64,000 bases of DNA from Macrostomum lignano. Taxonomy: Eukaryota. Under the pieces are notes generated by a model. The model was given only the letters and a program-made list of their open reading frames with translations. It ran no database searches and had not been told where the DNA came from. The stretch covers positions 186,001-250,000 of the forward strand of contig NIVC01000628.1 in assembly GCA_002269645.1 (NCBI GenBank), written 5' to 3'. The translations under genes and the position numbers were made by a program. Positions 46,381 through 59,979 of this stretch are shown piece by piece. Every line of letters starts with the position of its first letter. Positions within the stretch are counted from its first letter, which is position 1.

Positions 46381-47169
46381 GAGGTTTTGTGAGATTGGTT
46401 TTGACTCGGATAATAGTGCGTACACCTGAACAGCTCAGGTACATTTGACACTTCGTAGTGTCTGCTTGGCTTTTACCCGTCTTTTTTTCAAAATTTTTTT
46501 CGAGTTTGCTAGGCTTCGAACTTGTGGAAACAGTGATTGGGCGAAATGGAGAAGTCTACTGGGGTGTTTTGTTGTTCCAGTGCAAGCAACCGCCAGAAGA
46601 CATCGACAAAGTGGAGCTGGCATTAACTGGGTTGGGGCAGCCACCTCTTATAAATGATTTAACGAGTTCTTTTTCCCTGACTTCATCCCAGATTCCGCCT
46701 CCTCCTCACTAAGCCTGGCCCCCAACCAAGCAGCTCCATCTTTTATTGGCGAAAGAGAGGACGCCAAAGGCAAGTGCGCTTGACTGTCTTGAAACAGGCG
46801 GTTTATGGCTTAGCCGAACGTGGCTACATGAAATGCTGGATACTACGAATTCGATATTTAGCTGAAAAGTACTTCGGCGTTTTTCAACTATGATACTATC
46901 ACGATGAAAGTTGGGATTTTTAGGGACTTTTCTGCACATTTCTCTTACGATTGGCAGTCATAGACGACTACATGACCTACTAAATTTGTCTTTTAAGGTT
47001 TTAAGGCTTCTCGGGTAGTTGAAGATATATTAGCTCTTGTCTACTTCTCTCCTGCATGTCTACTTTCCCCTATGCCCAACTCTCGTTTGTCTATTCCTCA
47101 TCCTCGGCTTTCATAGGCTCTCATATTGTTTATCTACTTCTCTCCCCTATGCCCACTCCTCTCCAATCT

Positions 47170-48400
47170 ACTTCTCTCCCCCGTGCCCTATCTACTTGTC
47201 TCCCCCGTGCCCTATCTACTCGTACTCTCTCCCCGTGCCTATCTACTTCTCTCCCCCGTGCCCTATCTACTTCTCTCCCTCGTGCCCTATCTACTTCTCT
47301 CCCCTTGCCCTATCTACTTATCTCCCCCGTGCCCTATTTACTTCTCTCCCCGTGCCCTATCTACTTCTCTCCCCGTGCCCTATCTACTTCTCTCCCCCGT
47401 GCCCTATCTACTTATCTCCCCCGTGCCCTATCTACTTCTCTCTCTCCCGTGCCCTATCTACTTCTCTCTCCGTGCCCTATCTACTTATCTCCCCCGTGCC
47501 CTATCTACTTCTCTCCCTCGTGCCCTATCTACTTCTCTCCCCTTGCCCTATCTACTTATCTCCCCCGTGCCCTATTTACTTCTCTCCCCGTGCCCTATCT
47601 ACTTCTCTCCCCCGTGCCCTATCTACTTCTCTCCCCCGTTGCCCTATCTACTTCTCTCCCTCGTGCCCTATCTACTTCTCTCCCCCGTGCCCTATCTACT
47701 TCTTTCCCCGTGCCCTATCTACTTCTCTCCCCCGTGCCCTATCTACTTCTCTCTCCGTGCCCTATCTACTTATCTCCCCCGTGCCCTATATACTTATCTC
47801 CCCCGTGCCCTATCTACTCGTGTTATCTCCCCGTGCCTATCTACTTCTCTCCCCCGTGCCTATCTACTTCTCTTCCTCGTGCCCTATCTACTTCTCTCCC
47901 CGTGCCCTATCTACTTATCTCCCCCGTGCCCTATCTACTTCTTTCCCCGTGCCCTATCTACTTCTCTCCCCGTGCCCTATCTACTTATCTCCCCCGTGCT
48001 CATCTACTTATCTCCCCCGTGCCCTATCTACTTCTCTCCCTCGTGCCCTATCTACTTCTCTCCCCGTGCCCTATTTACTTCTCTCCCCGTGCCCTATCTA
48101 CTTATCTCCCCCGTGCCCTATCTACTTCTCTCTCCCGTGCCCTATCTACTTATCTCCCCCGTGCCCTATCTACTTCTCTCCCCGTGCCCTATCTACTTCT
48201 CTCCCCCGTGCCTATCTACTTCTCTCCCCCGTGCCCTATCTACTTCTCTCCCGTGCCCTATCTACTTATCTCCCCCGTGCCCTATCTACTTATCTCCCCC
48301 GTGCCCTATCTACTTATCTCCCCCGTGCCCTATCTACGTCTCTCCCCGTGCCCTATCTACTTATCTCCCCCGTGCCCTATCTACTTCTCTCCCCCGTGTC
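47170..48400. repeat. 23-25-bp pyrimidine-rich satellite (ccgtgccctatctacttctctccc)
   Basis: Direct inspection. Confidence 0.95.
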
Positions 48401-49080
48401 CATTTATCCCCTGTCTACTTCGCTCCCGTGTGCCCACTTCTCTCCCAGACAGCCACCTAAATCTCCTTCTCAGTCCTTCAGTCGATATATTTTCTCTTAT
48501 CTATTATTTACAAATATATATTTCTACAGCTACTCCTCATTTTTGCTCCCATACGATCTCGGTTGACCCAACAGATCCCAAAAATATCCCTTCACCCAGA
48601 TGCGAATCCTTTATTTAATTCCAATATTCTCTCGGTTTGGCCAATAAATTCCGCATTTCATTTCCTATTCTGCGAGCCCACGGCGGGTCATTGGAAAAAG
48701 GCCAGGCGAGGCGACCGAACCGCGGCTAGAAAATTGCGAATTTTTCTAAAAAAATCATCCCACTTCCCAGATTCCGCTACAAATCCTCCATCCTGTCACT
48801 TTCTTCCCCATTCCCGCCTTCCTCCGCGTCTGCCTCTCCGAAAGCCGAGCTGTCCCGGCTGTCGGTGTCATCAAGTGCGAACAATAATGACCCGGTCATG
48901 CCTCCCAGCAACCCGTGGAGCGCGTTTGCAGTTTTTTAACCTGAATGTGGGCGCGTAACGCGCAGAAACCACAGAGTGCTTAGGCTATTTCGACTACAAT
49001 GACTGAAGCGCCTTACCCATATGTCAATTTCCCTCTCCCCTGACAATTTTACTTGAGAGACTAGCTGAGGATATCCGGCA

Positions 49081-49202
49081 GTTGAGGTTTGCTCACTGTT
49101 GAGGTTTGCTCACTGTTGAGGTTTGCTCACTGTTGAGGTTTGCTCACTGTTGAGGTTTGCTCACTGTTGAGGTTTGCTCACTGTTGAGGTTTGCTCACTG
49201 TT
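49081..49202. repeat. 17-bp perfect tandem repeat x7 (gttgaggtttgctcact)
   Basis: Direct inspection. Confidence 0.92.
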
Positions 49203-49443
49203 GGTCAGCGAAGCTAGAGAAATTCGCAACAGCGTGTCCCCAACTGGTGCCACCTGTTGAAGGTCCAGAAGCTCCACGTGGCCTCCCTATTTCCTGGGAA
49301 GGTTGGCGACTTGATTCTTGTTTGAGAATTACGCAACAAAAAGTTATTTGATCCTATTTGCTTTTTTTCTTCCCCTGGCCCTTTCTCTCGTGCAATTCAA
49401 CCATAGCTAAAACTGTTATAAATCCCTTGAAACTCGCCCATAG

Positions 49444-49868
49444 CGGACTCGATCGTGCAAGGCTCCTGGAATCTGCTCGAACTTTATGTGCGCCTCTTCG
49501 CCCTGGGCTCGGCCTGCGTCAACCCCTACCTGTACGGCTGGCTTAATGAGCAGGTGCGCTCGGGCCTCACCGCCTGCCTGCCCTGCTGCGCCGGGCCTCG
49601 CGGATTTGACGCCGAGGGCAGCGGCAGCCGCTACCGCGGCGAGTCACGCAGCGACTTCCGCAGCACCAGGCGGGGCTTCCTCGCCAGCAGCTGCCGGAGC
49701 GCCACCCGCCAGATGTCGCTGCAGCCGATGCGCCCGGCCAGCTCCGCCGCTGGCAGCGTCGTCGGCGGGAACGGCCACCGCGGCTCGTTGAACACCGATT
49801 GCAGCGGGGCCGTCGGCAAACGGAAGAACCGACAGCCGGTGTCTGTTGTCATGGAAACGGCGGCGTGA
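49444..49868 (+). CDS. GPCR last exon (TM7 and C-terminal tail)
   Basis: ccatag|CG phase 1 fits; RLFALGSACVNPYLYGWLNE carries NPxxY; CLPCC is a possible palmitoylation site. Confidence 0.85.
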
Positions 49869-49909
49869 ATTTTCAGCATTCATTTTCTAGTGGTTTCGCT
49901 TATAACAGC

Positions 49910-50450
49910 GACCACAATGATGCGGTCCAGTTTTTTCAGATATGAACACAATGATGCGGTCCAGTTGTTTTCAGATATGAACACAATGATGCGGTCCAGT
50001 TCTTTTAGATAGTGACCACAATGATGCGGTCCAGTTTTTCAGATATGAGCACAATGATGCGGTCCAGTTGTTTTCAGATATGAACACAATGATGCGGTCC
50101 AGCTGTTTTCAGATATGAACACAATGATGCGGTCCAGCTGTTTTCAGATATGAACACAATGATGCGGTCCAGTTCTTTTAGATAGTGACCACAATGATGC
50201 GGTCCAGTTTTTCAGATATGAGCACAATGATGCGGTCCAGTTGTTTTCAGATATGAACACAATGATGCGGTCCAGCTGTTTTCAGATATGAACACAATGA
50301 TGCGGTCCAGCTGTTTTCAGATATGAACACAATGATGCGGTCCAGCTGTTTTCAGATATGAACACAATGATGCGGTCCAGCTGTTTTCAGATATGAACAC
50401 AATGATGCGGTCCAGCTGTTTTCAGATATGAACACAATGATGCGGTCCAT
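49910..50450. repeat. ~35-bp satellite downstream of the GPCR stop
   Basis: cacaatgatgcggtccagctgttttcagatatgaa; shares its core with 44250-44975. Confidence 0.92.
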
Positions 50451-51424
50451 TTTTCCGAATTGTGTAACGTTAATTTGGTTTATGCTTGTGTGCATTGCAA
50501 TCAATATCCGTTGTAAAGTTTCACATTAATAATCTTGTTTATTCGCTTTTACCAGTTGGGTTTTTAGAGAAATTTTTCAATTCTTCGATATTTCACTGCT
50601 TGTATTTTTGTCTCGCATTTTTTGTTAACATTTGCATCAGCGCTGTTTACTGAAACAATCACAGCTGTCCAAATGGCTCCCCTGTTGTTCTAGTCTGTCA
50701 ATTTTTAGAAAATTAAAAATTGACAAAAATCAGTTTCGAATGTTGCTGTAATTCTAATTTTATTGATTTTTTAAATTTAATTTGCACCAGTTCACCGATT
50801 AGAAACACTACCTGCACAACAATGCTGTGCAATATCTTTTTAAACGCCAGAAATCACTGTAAAGATGCACGTTACAAGAAATACAAGAACAGTTCTGCAA
50901 AAAATGAAATCAGTTAAGCCGTAATGAATCACCATGCGCATAGGGGGTAATGGGCTTTCCAAGAAACGTGTGACCCATTTAGAACTCGCTAATACGGGGC
51001 CTTGCCGTTCAAAGGTCTCTCTCCATGCGCTCTGATTAGAGAGGCTGATTCGATAAGGAAAAAATTGAGCTAAAATGCGAAATATGAAATGCGTTTTTGA
51101 TGACAGCTTTCCTGTGTGCTTGACTGCAGCACCTTCCTAGCAATCTCCCCGCCCCTCAGCACCCAGGGGAGGGAGAGTTGCGGCAACTTTCGTGCAGATG
51201 TTAATCAGCCTGCCGCCTATGAAGTAATAATAATATTAATTAATCCACTTTGGACTTTCAGCTCTTACAAAAAAATCTAATGGCTTTGAGGTTTACCAGT
51301 CTAGTGACTTGACTGCCCCGATTCTGACTTGATTAGTTCATTTCATGGAGGAGGGCTTTTTATAAGTTTCCGATGATCCAAAGTCACGTGCATTTCTAAG
51401 AAAATAGAAATAGAAATAGAAATA

Positions 51425-52735
51425 GACTGCCTCTCCGCTCCCTCAGTCCCTGAGAATCTGCCTCTCCGCTCCATCACTGCTTGAGAATCTGCCTCTCCGC
51501 TCCCTCAGTCCCTGAGAATCTGCCTCTCCGCTCCCTCACTGCTTGAGAATCTGCCTCTCCGCTCCCTCAGTCTCTGAAAATCTGCCTCTCCGCTCCCTCA
51601 GTGCTTGAGAATCTGCCTCCCCGCTCCCTCACTGCTTGAGAATCTGCCTCTCCGCTCCCTCAGTCCCTGAGAATCTGCCGCTCCGCTCCCTCAGTGCTTG
51701 AGAATCTGCCTCTCCGCTCCCTCAGTGCTTGAGAATCTGCCTCTCCGCTCCCTCAGTGCTTGAGAATCTGCCTCCCCGCTCCCTCAGTGCTTGAGAATCT
51801 GCCTCTCCGCTCCCTCAGTCCCTGAAAATCTGCCTCTCCGCTCCCTCAGTGCTTGAGAATCTGCCTCCCCGCTCCCTCACTGCTTGAGAATCTGCCTCTC
51901 CGCTCCCTCAGTCCTTGAGGATCTGCCTCTCCGCTCCCTCAGTGCTTGAGAATCTGCCTCTCCGCTGCCCCATTGCTTGAGAATCTGCCTCTCCGCTCCC
52001 TCAGTCTCTGAAAATCTGCCTCTCCGCTCCCTCAGTGCTTGAGAATCTGCCTCCCCGCTCCCTCACTGCTTGAGAATCTGCCTCTCCGCTCCCTCAGTCC
52101 CTGAGAATCTGCCGCTCCGCTCCCTCAGTGCTTGAGAATCTGCCTCTCCGCTCCCTCAGTGCTTGAGAATCTGCCTCTCCGCTCCCTCAGTGCTTGAGAA
52201 TCTGCCTCCCCGCTCCCTCAGTGCTTGAGAATCTGCCTCTCCGCTCCCTCAGTCCCTGAAAATCTGCCTCTCCGCTCCCTCAGTGCTTGAGAATCTGCCT
52301 CCCGCTCCCTCACTGCTTGAGAATCTGCCTCTCCGCTCCCTCAGTCCTTGAGGATCTGCCTCTCCGCTCCCTCAGTGCTTGAGAATCTGCCTCTCCGCTG
52401 CCCCATTGCTTGAGAATCTGCCTCTCCGCTCCCTCAGTGCTTGAGAATCTGCCTCTCCGCTGCCCATTGCTTGAGAATCTGCCTCTCCGCTGCCTCATTG
52501 CTTGAGAATCCGCCTCTCCGCTGCCTCATTGCTTGAGAATCTGCCTCTCCGCTGCCTCATTGCTTGAGAATCCGCCTCTCCGCTGCCTCATTGCTTGAGA
52601 ATCTGCCTCTCCGCTGCTTCATTGCTTGAGAATCTGCCTCTCCGCTGCCTCATTGCTTGAGAATCTGCCTCTCCGCTGCCTAATTGCTTGAGAATCTGCC
52701 TCTCCGCTGCCTCATTGCTTGAGAATCTGCCTCTC
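51425..52735. repeat. 31-bp satellite (gagaatctgcctctccgctccctcagtgctt)
   Basis: Direct inspection. Confidence 0.95.
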
Positions 52736-53299
52736 AAAAATTATAACAAACAAGTAAATGCCTTTGTTGTGATTCTGATGAAATGTCAATTTCAATTATA
52801 TTTTAGAATGCCATCTAATTTGCAGACTGCCTGAAACAGACCTTTCGCCTCTCATATCCAATCATTGTTTACGTCAGAATTCTTTCAGCTTCTTAAAAAG
52901 CGACTAGGGATTTTTTCGGCAGAATGGGCGTCTCTGTATATCAGAGACAGCTGTTAATTGAATGCAGCTTTGCAGAGAATTAATTTGCATACCTAACGCA
53001 TTGCCAAAGGGGGCTTCTCACCTGCTTCTACACTCTCAGCCCATATGGCTAGGGCTGAAGGAACGTAGGACCCAGTCCTTAAAATACAATATTAAAGAAG
53101 CCAGCCTGCGAGCTAACAACGTTTGATAATACATCTGCGTATTTATATGCGAGCGAGCTGGCTATTATGCTTTTTGTAACATTTAGCAACAATGTGTTAA
53201 TGATTCAAGCTGCAGTCATCAAGGCTGATGAACACCAGCCCTCATGGCTCTCTCACCCTCAAGGATCTACGATGTCTGTGCCTTGGGGCTGGCCCTGGC

Positions 53300-53995
53300 C
53301 CTACCCATCAGGCAAAATGTCCTACCTATCCGGCAAAATGTCCTACCCATCAGGCAAAATGTCCTTCCCATCAGGCAAAATGTCCCACCCATCAGGCAAA
53401 ATGTCCTACCCATCAGGCAAAATGTCCTACCCATCCGGCCAAATGTCCTACCCATCAGGCAAAATGTCCTACCCATCAGGCAAAATGTCCTTCCCATCAG
53501 GCAAAATGTCCTACCCATTAGGCAAAATGTCCTACCCATCAGGCAAAATGTCCTACCCATCAGGCCAAATGTCCTAAACATCAGGCAAAATGTCCTATCC
53601 ATCAGGCAAAATGTCCTACCCATCAGGCAAAATGTCCTACCCATCAGGCAACATGTCCTTCCCATCAGGCAACATGTCCTTCCCATCAGGCAAAATGTCC
53701 CACCCATCAGGCAAAATGTCCTACCCATCAGGCAAAATGTCCTACCCATCAGGCAAAATGTCCTACCCATCAGGCCAAATGTCCTACCCATCAGGCAAAA
53801 TGTCCTAAACATCAGGCAAAATGTCCTTCCCATCAGGCAACATGTCCTTCCCATCAGGCAACATGTCCTTCCCATCAGGCAAAATGCCCTACCCATCAGG
53901 CAAAATGTCCTACCCATCAGGCAAAATGTCCTACCCATCAGGCAAAATGTCCTACCCATCAGGCAACATGTCCTACCCATCAGGCAACATGTCCC
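53300..53995. repeat. 21-bp satellite (cccatcaggcaaaatgtccta)
   Basis: Direct inspection. Confidence 0.93.
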
Positions 53996-54814
53996 GTTGA
54001 TCAACAGAGCAGCGAGTTTTCAGTCTCCTATCATGTGCTCAATAACAAGCCTTAGTAAACAGGCAAGACGATTGTAATTAAAAGGCGCAAAAGCAAAGCA
54101 GAAGCCTTTCGCTTTGATTTCTGCTGCAAATGATTTCTTTCTTCTGCTTCCTGAAGAAGTTTGCTGCTGTGCGGACGCATTAAACTGACCACTTCAACCA
54201 AGAAGAGAGGCATGAATGCTCCTTTTCTGCTTAATTGATCAGATCTGGGCAGTCTGCTTGAGGTATCCAGCTCGCTTCGCTCCGTTCGCTTGGCCTGAGC
54301 TGTCGAGGACTTTGAGAGAAGCTGGTGCACTAGCTGACCTGGCTCAGACCCGCATGAGCTGATTGGGTGCAACTCTCCCTTTCATGCCCACTGCTCCTCT
54401 TGTGACAGCCCCATCTAGTCCTTACTGGCCTCAGCTGCTTTCACATCCAGGCACTCAAAAGCATTATCTGTGGCAGGTGTTTCAACACGAAATTTTCAGT
54501 ACGCTGATTAGTGCTCTGCAGTTACTGCAGTTTCACTATCATGGGCTCAGGAAATCAGGCTCTGTTGCAGAAGACAGGAGGGTCATTGTGATTGAAGGGT
54601 GACTTGACTACTGAGCGTAAAAAATTGATTACGGGCTTGAATTTGGGCTTCTGTGACCTGTTGTCTCAGTGATAGACTGTCACGAGCAGTGCGTCATTCT
54701 AAAAGCGTAGTTAGGGTAAAAAAGACAACTGAAAAGACAAAGAAAGGCGAGAAAAATACAAAAAGGATGCAAATACAGACTCGAAAACAAACAATAGGAG
54801 AGAAAACTAACGCA

Positions 54815-55170
<356 letters not shown>

Positions 55171-56009
55171 TTTCCATTTCCATTTCGGCATTTCCAGCAG
55201 GAAGCACGCAATCCGAATTGATCCTTAGCTCTCACTCATTCCTTTCATAGTGCAGCCGCGGCCGTGAGCAAACAGGAGCATTAGACAGTAAATGGGGATT
55301 TATTTGACTTGCACCCGCTGGCAACTGGCGCCTTGCGGTGGCATGCTGGTATCCTGACACCATTGCGCATTCTTAAGTTCTTCAAATACATTTCTTGTTT
55401 GTTAATAGACGAGATTGGCATGTACAGTTTCAGCTTTGCTGCCTATATTTAGTGCCAATAGCTGACTATAAAGATTTGTGTCTCATTCGCTGCTCAGTGC
55501 TTTGAAACCGAGGTGAGTAAGGTGAGTTCATTAACCAATTCATCCGTTCTTCCGGAGCTGGTAAGGTGCAATGACGTTTTAGTATGCGGATCGCACTTTC
55601 ATAAATTGGGAGCTTTCTAAACATAGAGTGGATACTTTATTAAAGATTTTTAATAAAGCAAACACCCACAGGGAGTGTAAAGTGGCCCTGACATTTACAC
55701 TTCGGGTCAAGGGGCCGCTTTAGAACCTCGAAATTTCACAAGCTCGAACCTTCACAAGCTCGAACCTTCACATTGTTGAATAGTCTTGTTTCTCACATCC
55801 GCAAGGCGCTGAATTTCAGCATTAGCGATGTCTTAGACAGCTGTTTTTCCTCTGTGCGCCTTCGAGGCCTGTGATCTTGTCTTCCTTGTCTCGTCAGGAA
55901 TTTTTCTGAGTAGCTCACAATGGCCCGCAGCTAACCTGTATAATTATGTGCTAGCGAGGGGGAACACGCGAGCTGGGCGGCTTCCTACAAGTTTTGTTGC
56001 CACACTTCC

Positions 56010-56870
56010 TCAGTCCTTGAAAATCTGCCTCTCCGCTCCCTCAGTCCTTGAGAATCTGCCTCTCCGCTCCCTCAGTCCTTGAGAATCTGCCTCTCCGCTG
56101 CCTCAGTCCTTGAGAATCTGCCTCTCCGCTGCCTCAGTCCTTAAGAATCTGCCTCTCCGCTGCCTCAGTGCTTGAGAATCTGCCTCTCCGCTCCCTCATT
56201 GCTTGAGAATCTGCCTCTCCGCTCCCTCAGTCCTTGAGAATCTGCCTCTCCGCTCCCTCAGTCCTTGAGAATCTGCCTCTCCGCTGCCTCAGTGCTTGAG
56301 AATCTGCCTCTCCGCTCCCTCATTGCTTGAGAATCTGCCTCTCCGCTCCCTCAGTGCTTGAGAATCTGCCTCTCCGCTCCCTCAGTCCTTGAGAATCGGC
56401 CTCTCCGCTCCCTCACTGCTTGAGAATCTGCCTCTCCGCTCCCTCAGTCCTTGAGAATCTGCCTCTCCGCTGCCTCATTGCTTGAGAATCTGCCTCTCTG
56501 CTCCCTCACTGCTTGAGAATCTGCCTCTCCGCTCCCTCACTGCTTGAGAATCTGCCTCTCCGCTCCATCACTGCTTGAGAATCTGCCTCTCCGCTCCTCC
56601 AGTCCTTGAGAATCTGCCTCTCCGCTCCCTCAGTGCTTGAGAATCTGCCTCTCCGCTCCCTCAGTGCTTGAGAATCTGCCTCTCCGCTCCCTCAGTGCTT
56701 GAGAATCTGCCTCTCCGCTCCCTCAGTGCTTGAGAATCTGCCTCTCCGCTCCCTCAGTGCTTGAGAATCTGCCTCTCCGCTCCCTCAGTCCTTGAGAATC
56801 TGCCTCTCCGCTCCCTCAGTCCTTGAGAATCTGCCTCTCCGCTCCCTCAGTGCTTGAGAATCTGCCTTTC
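56010..56870. repeat. Second array of the 31-bp satellite
   Basis: Same unit as 51425-52735. Confidence 0.95.
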
Positions 56871-57499
56871 GGTCTCCTTTAGTCACTGAGAATATGCCCT
56901 TTCCTGTTCTTGTACAAATATTAGTTTTACCTTCGAACTGGATGATTAGTGCAAAACTGCGCATAAGCTATTTATGCCATTGTGACTTTCTACCGGTAAG
57001 TTCGCCATGAAAAGATTTTATGCCTGGCCACTCAAGTTAAAAAGGAAGTCGGCTAGCAGACAGCTGTTCACTATGCTCTATGTAATCTGCTTGAAGTGCG
57101 GAATCTAATGGTCTTTTACGAAATGTGGCATTCAGAATATCACTAAGCTTACGAGCGTATTATGAGTGCCATTGCTCTCTTGGCACTGAATAGATGCTTC
57201 TTTTGTAGAAAATTGAATTTCCTTTGGAAATCCATCCCGCGTGAACTTTCGGTGTGGGGCAAGCGTGCGCTCTCCTGCTAATTAGCGGGTTGGCTCGCGG
57301 TCTGATTCATTATATAGCAGACGGTCGAATTCGGTTTAGGGATACCGCAGGTTGCAGTGTAGGAAATGCGGGTTAGCTTTCCATTACATAGAGTACTTCT
57401 AGCCCCATGGCAGACGGGTTGTAGTTCCCATGAACTGTATGAGTATACGATGCACACTGCGGGGAGGCCTTTTGTAACATTGCACTGATGACGTCAGCT

Positions 57500-57745
57500 G
57501 GGATTTCGATGACGTTTTCTCGGACTTTGATGACATTATCACGGACTTTGATTCCTTTTTCGGATTTCGATGACGGCGTTTGATGACGTTTTCTTTGGGT
57601 TTGATGATGTTTTCTTGAAGTTTGATTATGTTTTCTTGGGGTTTGATGACGTTTTCTTTGGGTTTGATGACATTTTCTTGGAGTTTGATGACATTTTCTT
57701 TGGGTTTGATGACATTTTCTTTGGGTTTGATGACGTTTTCTCGGA
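57500..57745. repeat. 21-bp T-rich tandem repeat (tttgatgacgttttctttggg)
   Basis: Direct inspection. Confidence 0.85.
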
Positions 57746-57843
57746 GTTTGATAAAGTCAGCTCGGAGTTTAGAGTCGTTACTCTGTCTTCTGCTTCCGCT
57801 TCACTACATTGATGAAGTCAGTCTCAAACAAATTTCCAGAAGG

Positions 57844-58173
57844 ATGTCCAGCAAGCCGGCTGCAGCCGACAGCCTCGCTGGCAGCTCCGAGGCCCGACCG
57901 ATCCTCGGCGACGACGCAGAAAATTCCTCCGCTCTGCTGACTGCCGCCGCCGTGTCGGCCGTGGCCGCCGATTGGTCCTCGTCCACCTCGCTGCACGGAG
58001 TGGCGCACCTGTCAACTACGTCCTGCTGTCGGCGTCTTCTGTGGCTTCTGCTACTGTTGGCCTCTTTGGGTGCTTTTCTGGCCATCTTGGGCACGTTGAT
58101 TATGAAGTACAGGAGCTACCCAGTCAGCTGGGTGCACGAGGAGAACGTGGTGTCTAGCATGGCCTTCCCAGCA
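57844..58173 (+). CDS. DEG/ENaC (amiloride-sensitive) channel, exon 1
   Basis: STSLHG motif, TM1 RLLWLLLL..., YRSYPV, FPA|gtaagt. Confidence 0.85.
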
Positions 58174-58999
58174 GTAAGTTCACCGTTTATTTTATCCATA
58201 TTTTCATTCTAACTCCCTTTTCAGGAAACTCTGTTCTAAAAATTCTAAATGTCTTTTCGCTTCAATTCATAGAAAATAGAATGACATCATTTGTTATTTT
58301 ACATCCCACCAATTACCCATAAGCAATAAAATTTCAGCAATTCGCCTCATGAACCTAGACATCTCAGCAATACCCCTGAGCTACAGAATTTCAACGATTC
58401 CCTAATGAGTCTTTATATAATTGACATATTTATGGTTGAATCTAATCCTGCTAAGAGTCAGGATTTCAGCAATGTTCTTAAAATATACTCTTATTAATAT
58501 TCAACTGCTGCAATATTTCAGAAACGAGTTGAAATTAATTCATATTGATTTACAAAGAAGAGGAAGAAAATAATTCCCTTCAATGCGGTTGCGGGTTGGT
58601 GCGGGTTGAAGGCTTCCTTTGCCCGAAAACAGTGAATAGGTCAACAGGTGCAAAAGCAGTTAACGTACCTTACTAAAGGCGACTAAATTAATCCTGCAAT
58701 TTGCGTATTAAAGAATCGTCACTGCAGACTTGTTGACCCGATAAAGACTATCTGGAATTCTGCCCCAATGTTGGCCTGTTTGTCAATTCAATTTCATATT
58801 TATTCTAAATTTTGAAATAAGCCAGAGGCGGAAGTTGCGATGTGATTTGTTTAAACGCATTTTGCCTGGCCTTTTCTAAGAAAGTATTAACCTTGCAATT
58901 AGCAGATTGCTTGCAGTTGTACGCACTTGTTTACCTCCAGGGTTTGCTCAATTTGTAACCTATTATTTGAAGAAAATTTTATGCCAAATTAGAGACTCA

Positions 59000-59360
59000 C
59001 GAATGTACATCATTGAGAGCAAGGGCTTTGGGGCTGTATATTGGGGGAGAGACATTTGCGAATGTACATTGAGGGCAAGGGCTTTGGGGCTGTAGATTAG
59101 GGGAGAGAGATTTGCGAATGTACATTGAGGGTAAGGACATACCTACCTACCTACCGACAGACCATTTTTAGTATATGGATATTGGGGGAGAGACATATGC
59201 GAATGTACATTGAGGGCAAGGGCTTTAGTGCTGTAGATTAGTGGAGAGAGAGCTGCGAATGTACATTGAGGGCAAGAGCTTTAGGGCTGTAGATTAGTGG
59301 AGAGAGAGCTGCGAATATACATTGAGGGCAAGAGCTTTAGGGCTGTAGATTTGGGAGAGG
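59000..59360. repeat. ~55-bp diverged tandem repeat (gcgaatgtacattgagggcaagggcttt...)
   Basis: Direct inspection. Confidence 0.8.
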
Positions 59361-59445
59361 GAGACAGTCCTGCAACAAACCTCTTTTGGCCCAAGACTCC
59401 ATCCTTCTGATGGGCCAATTAGCTCATTTTCTCGAATTACTCCAG

Positions 59446-59754
59446 GTGACGTTGTGCCCACTCAATCCGGTCTCTCGTTACTTGAGCTCACGCAGTCCAA
59501 AAGTGCGCAGCCTGCTAGGCGTGCTGACTCATCAGGACAATGAAAACAGTCTGCCACCGTCAAATCGGCGAAGGTTGAAGCCCCGAAGGCCGCGCGGTTT
59601 CCATCGCTGGAGTCGACTTCGTCAATGCAGGTGGGCACACGCATCGGCGGCCGAGTCCGCCTGGAGGCGCGTCGAGCCCAACAGGCCGAAGCGGTTGCAG
59701 ACTCTGCGGGACACCGTGCAGATGGCCCTGGCCGCGCTGTCCGATGCCGAACAG
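59446..59754 (+). CDS. DEG/ENaC channel, exon 2
   Basis: tccag|VTLCPLNP completes the FPAVTxC motif; donor CAG|GTGAGA. Confidence 0.8.
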
Positions 59755-59872
59755 GTGAGACTTAAGGGAGAGAGAGACGAGAGATAGAGCAGGGACTTCT
59801 CTATATAGCATCTATGTTATATTATATGTTAGATCATATGTTATATGTTAGATGCTACATAGAGAAGTCCCT

Positions 59873-59979
<107 letters not shown>

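Noticed and set aside
47037-48618. Three ~500-aa Pro/Leu/Ser ORFs
   Set aside because: Pyrimidine-rich satellite open in all plus frames inside GPCR intron 2.
57622-57843. N-terminal extension of the DEG/ENaC ORF
   Set aside because: Derived from the 21-bp repeat; an acceptor-like AG and ATG at 57844 give a normal N-terminus.
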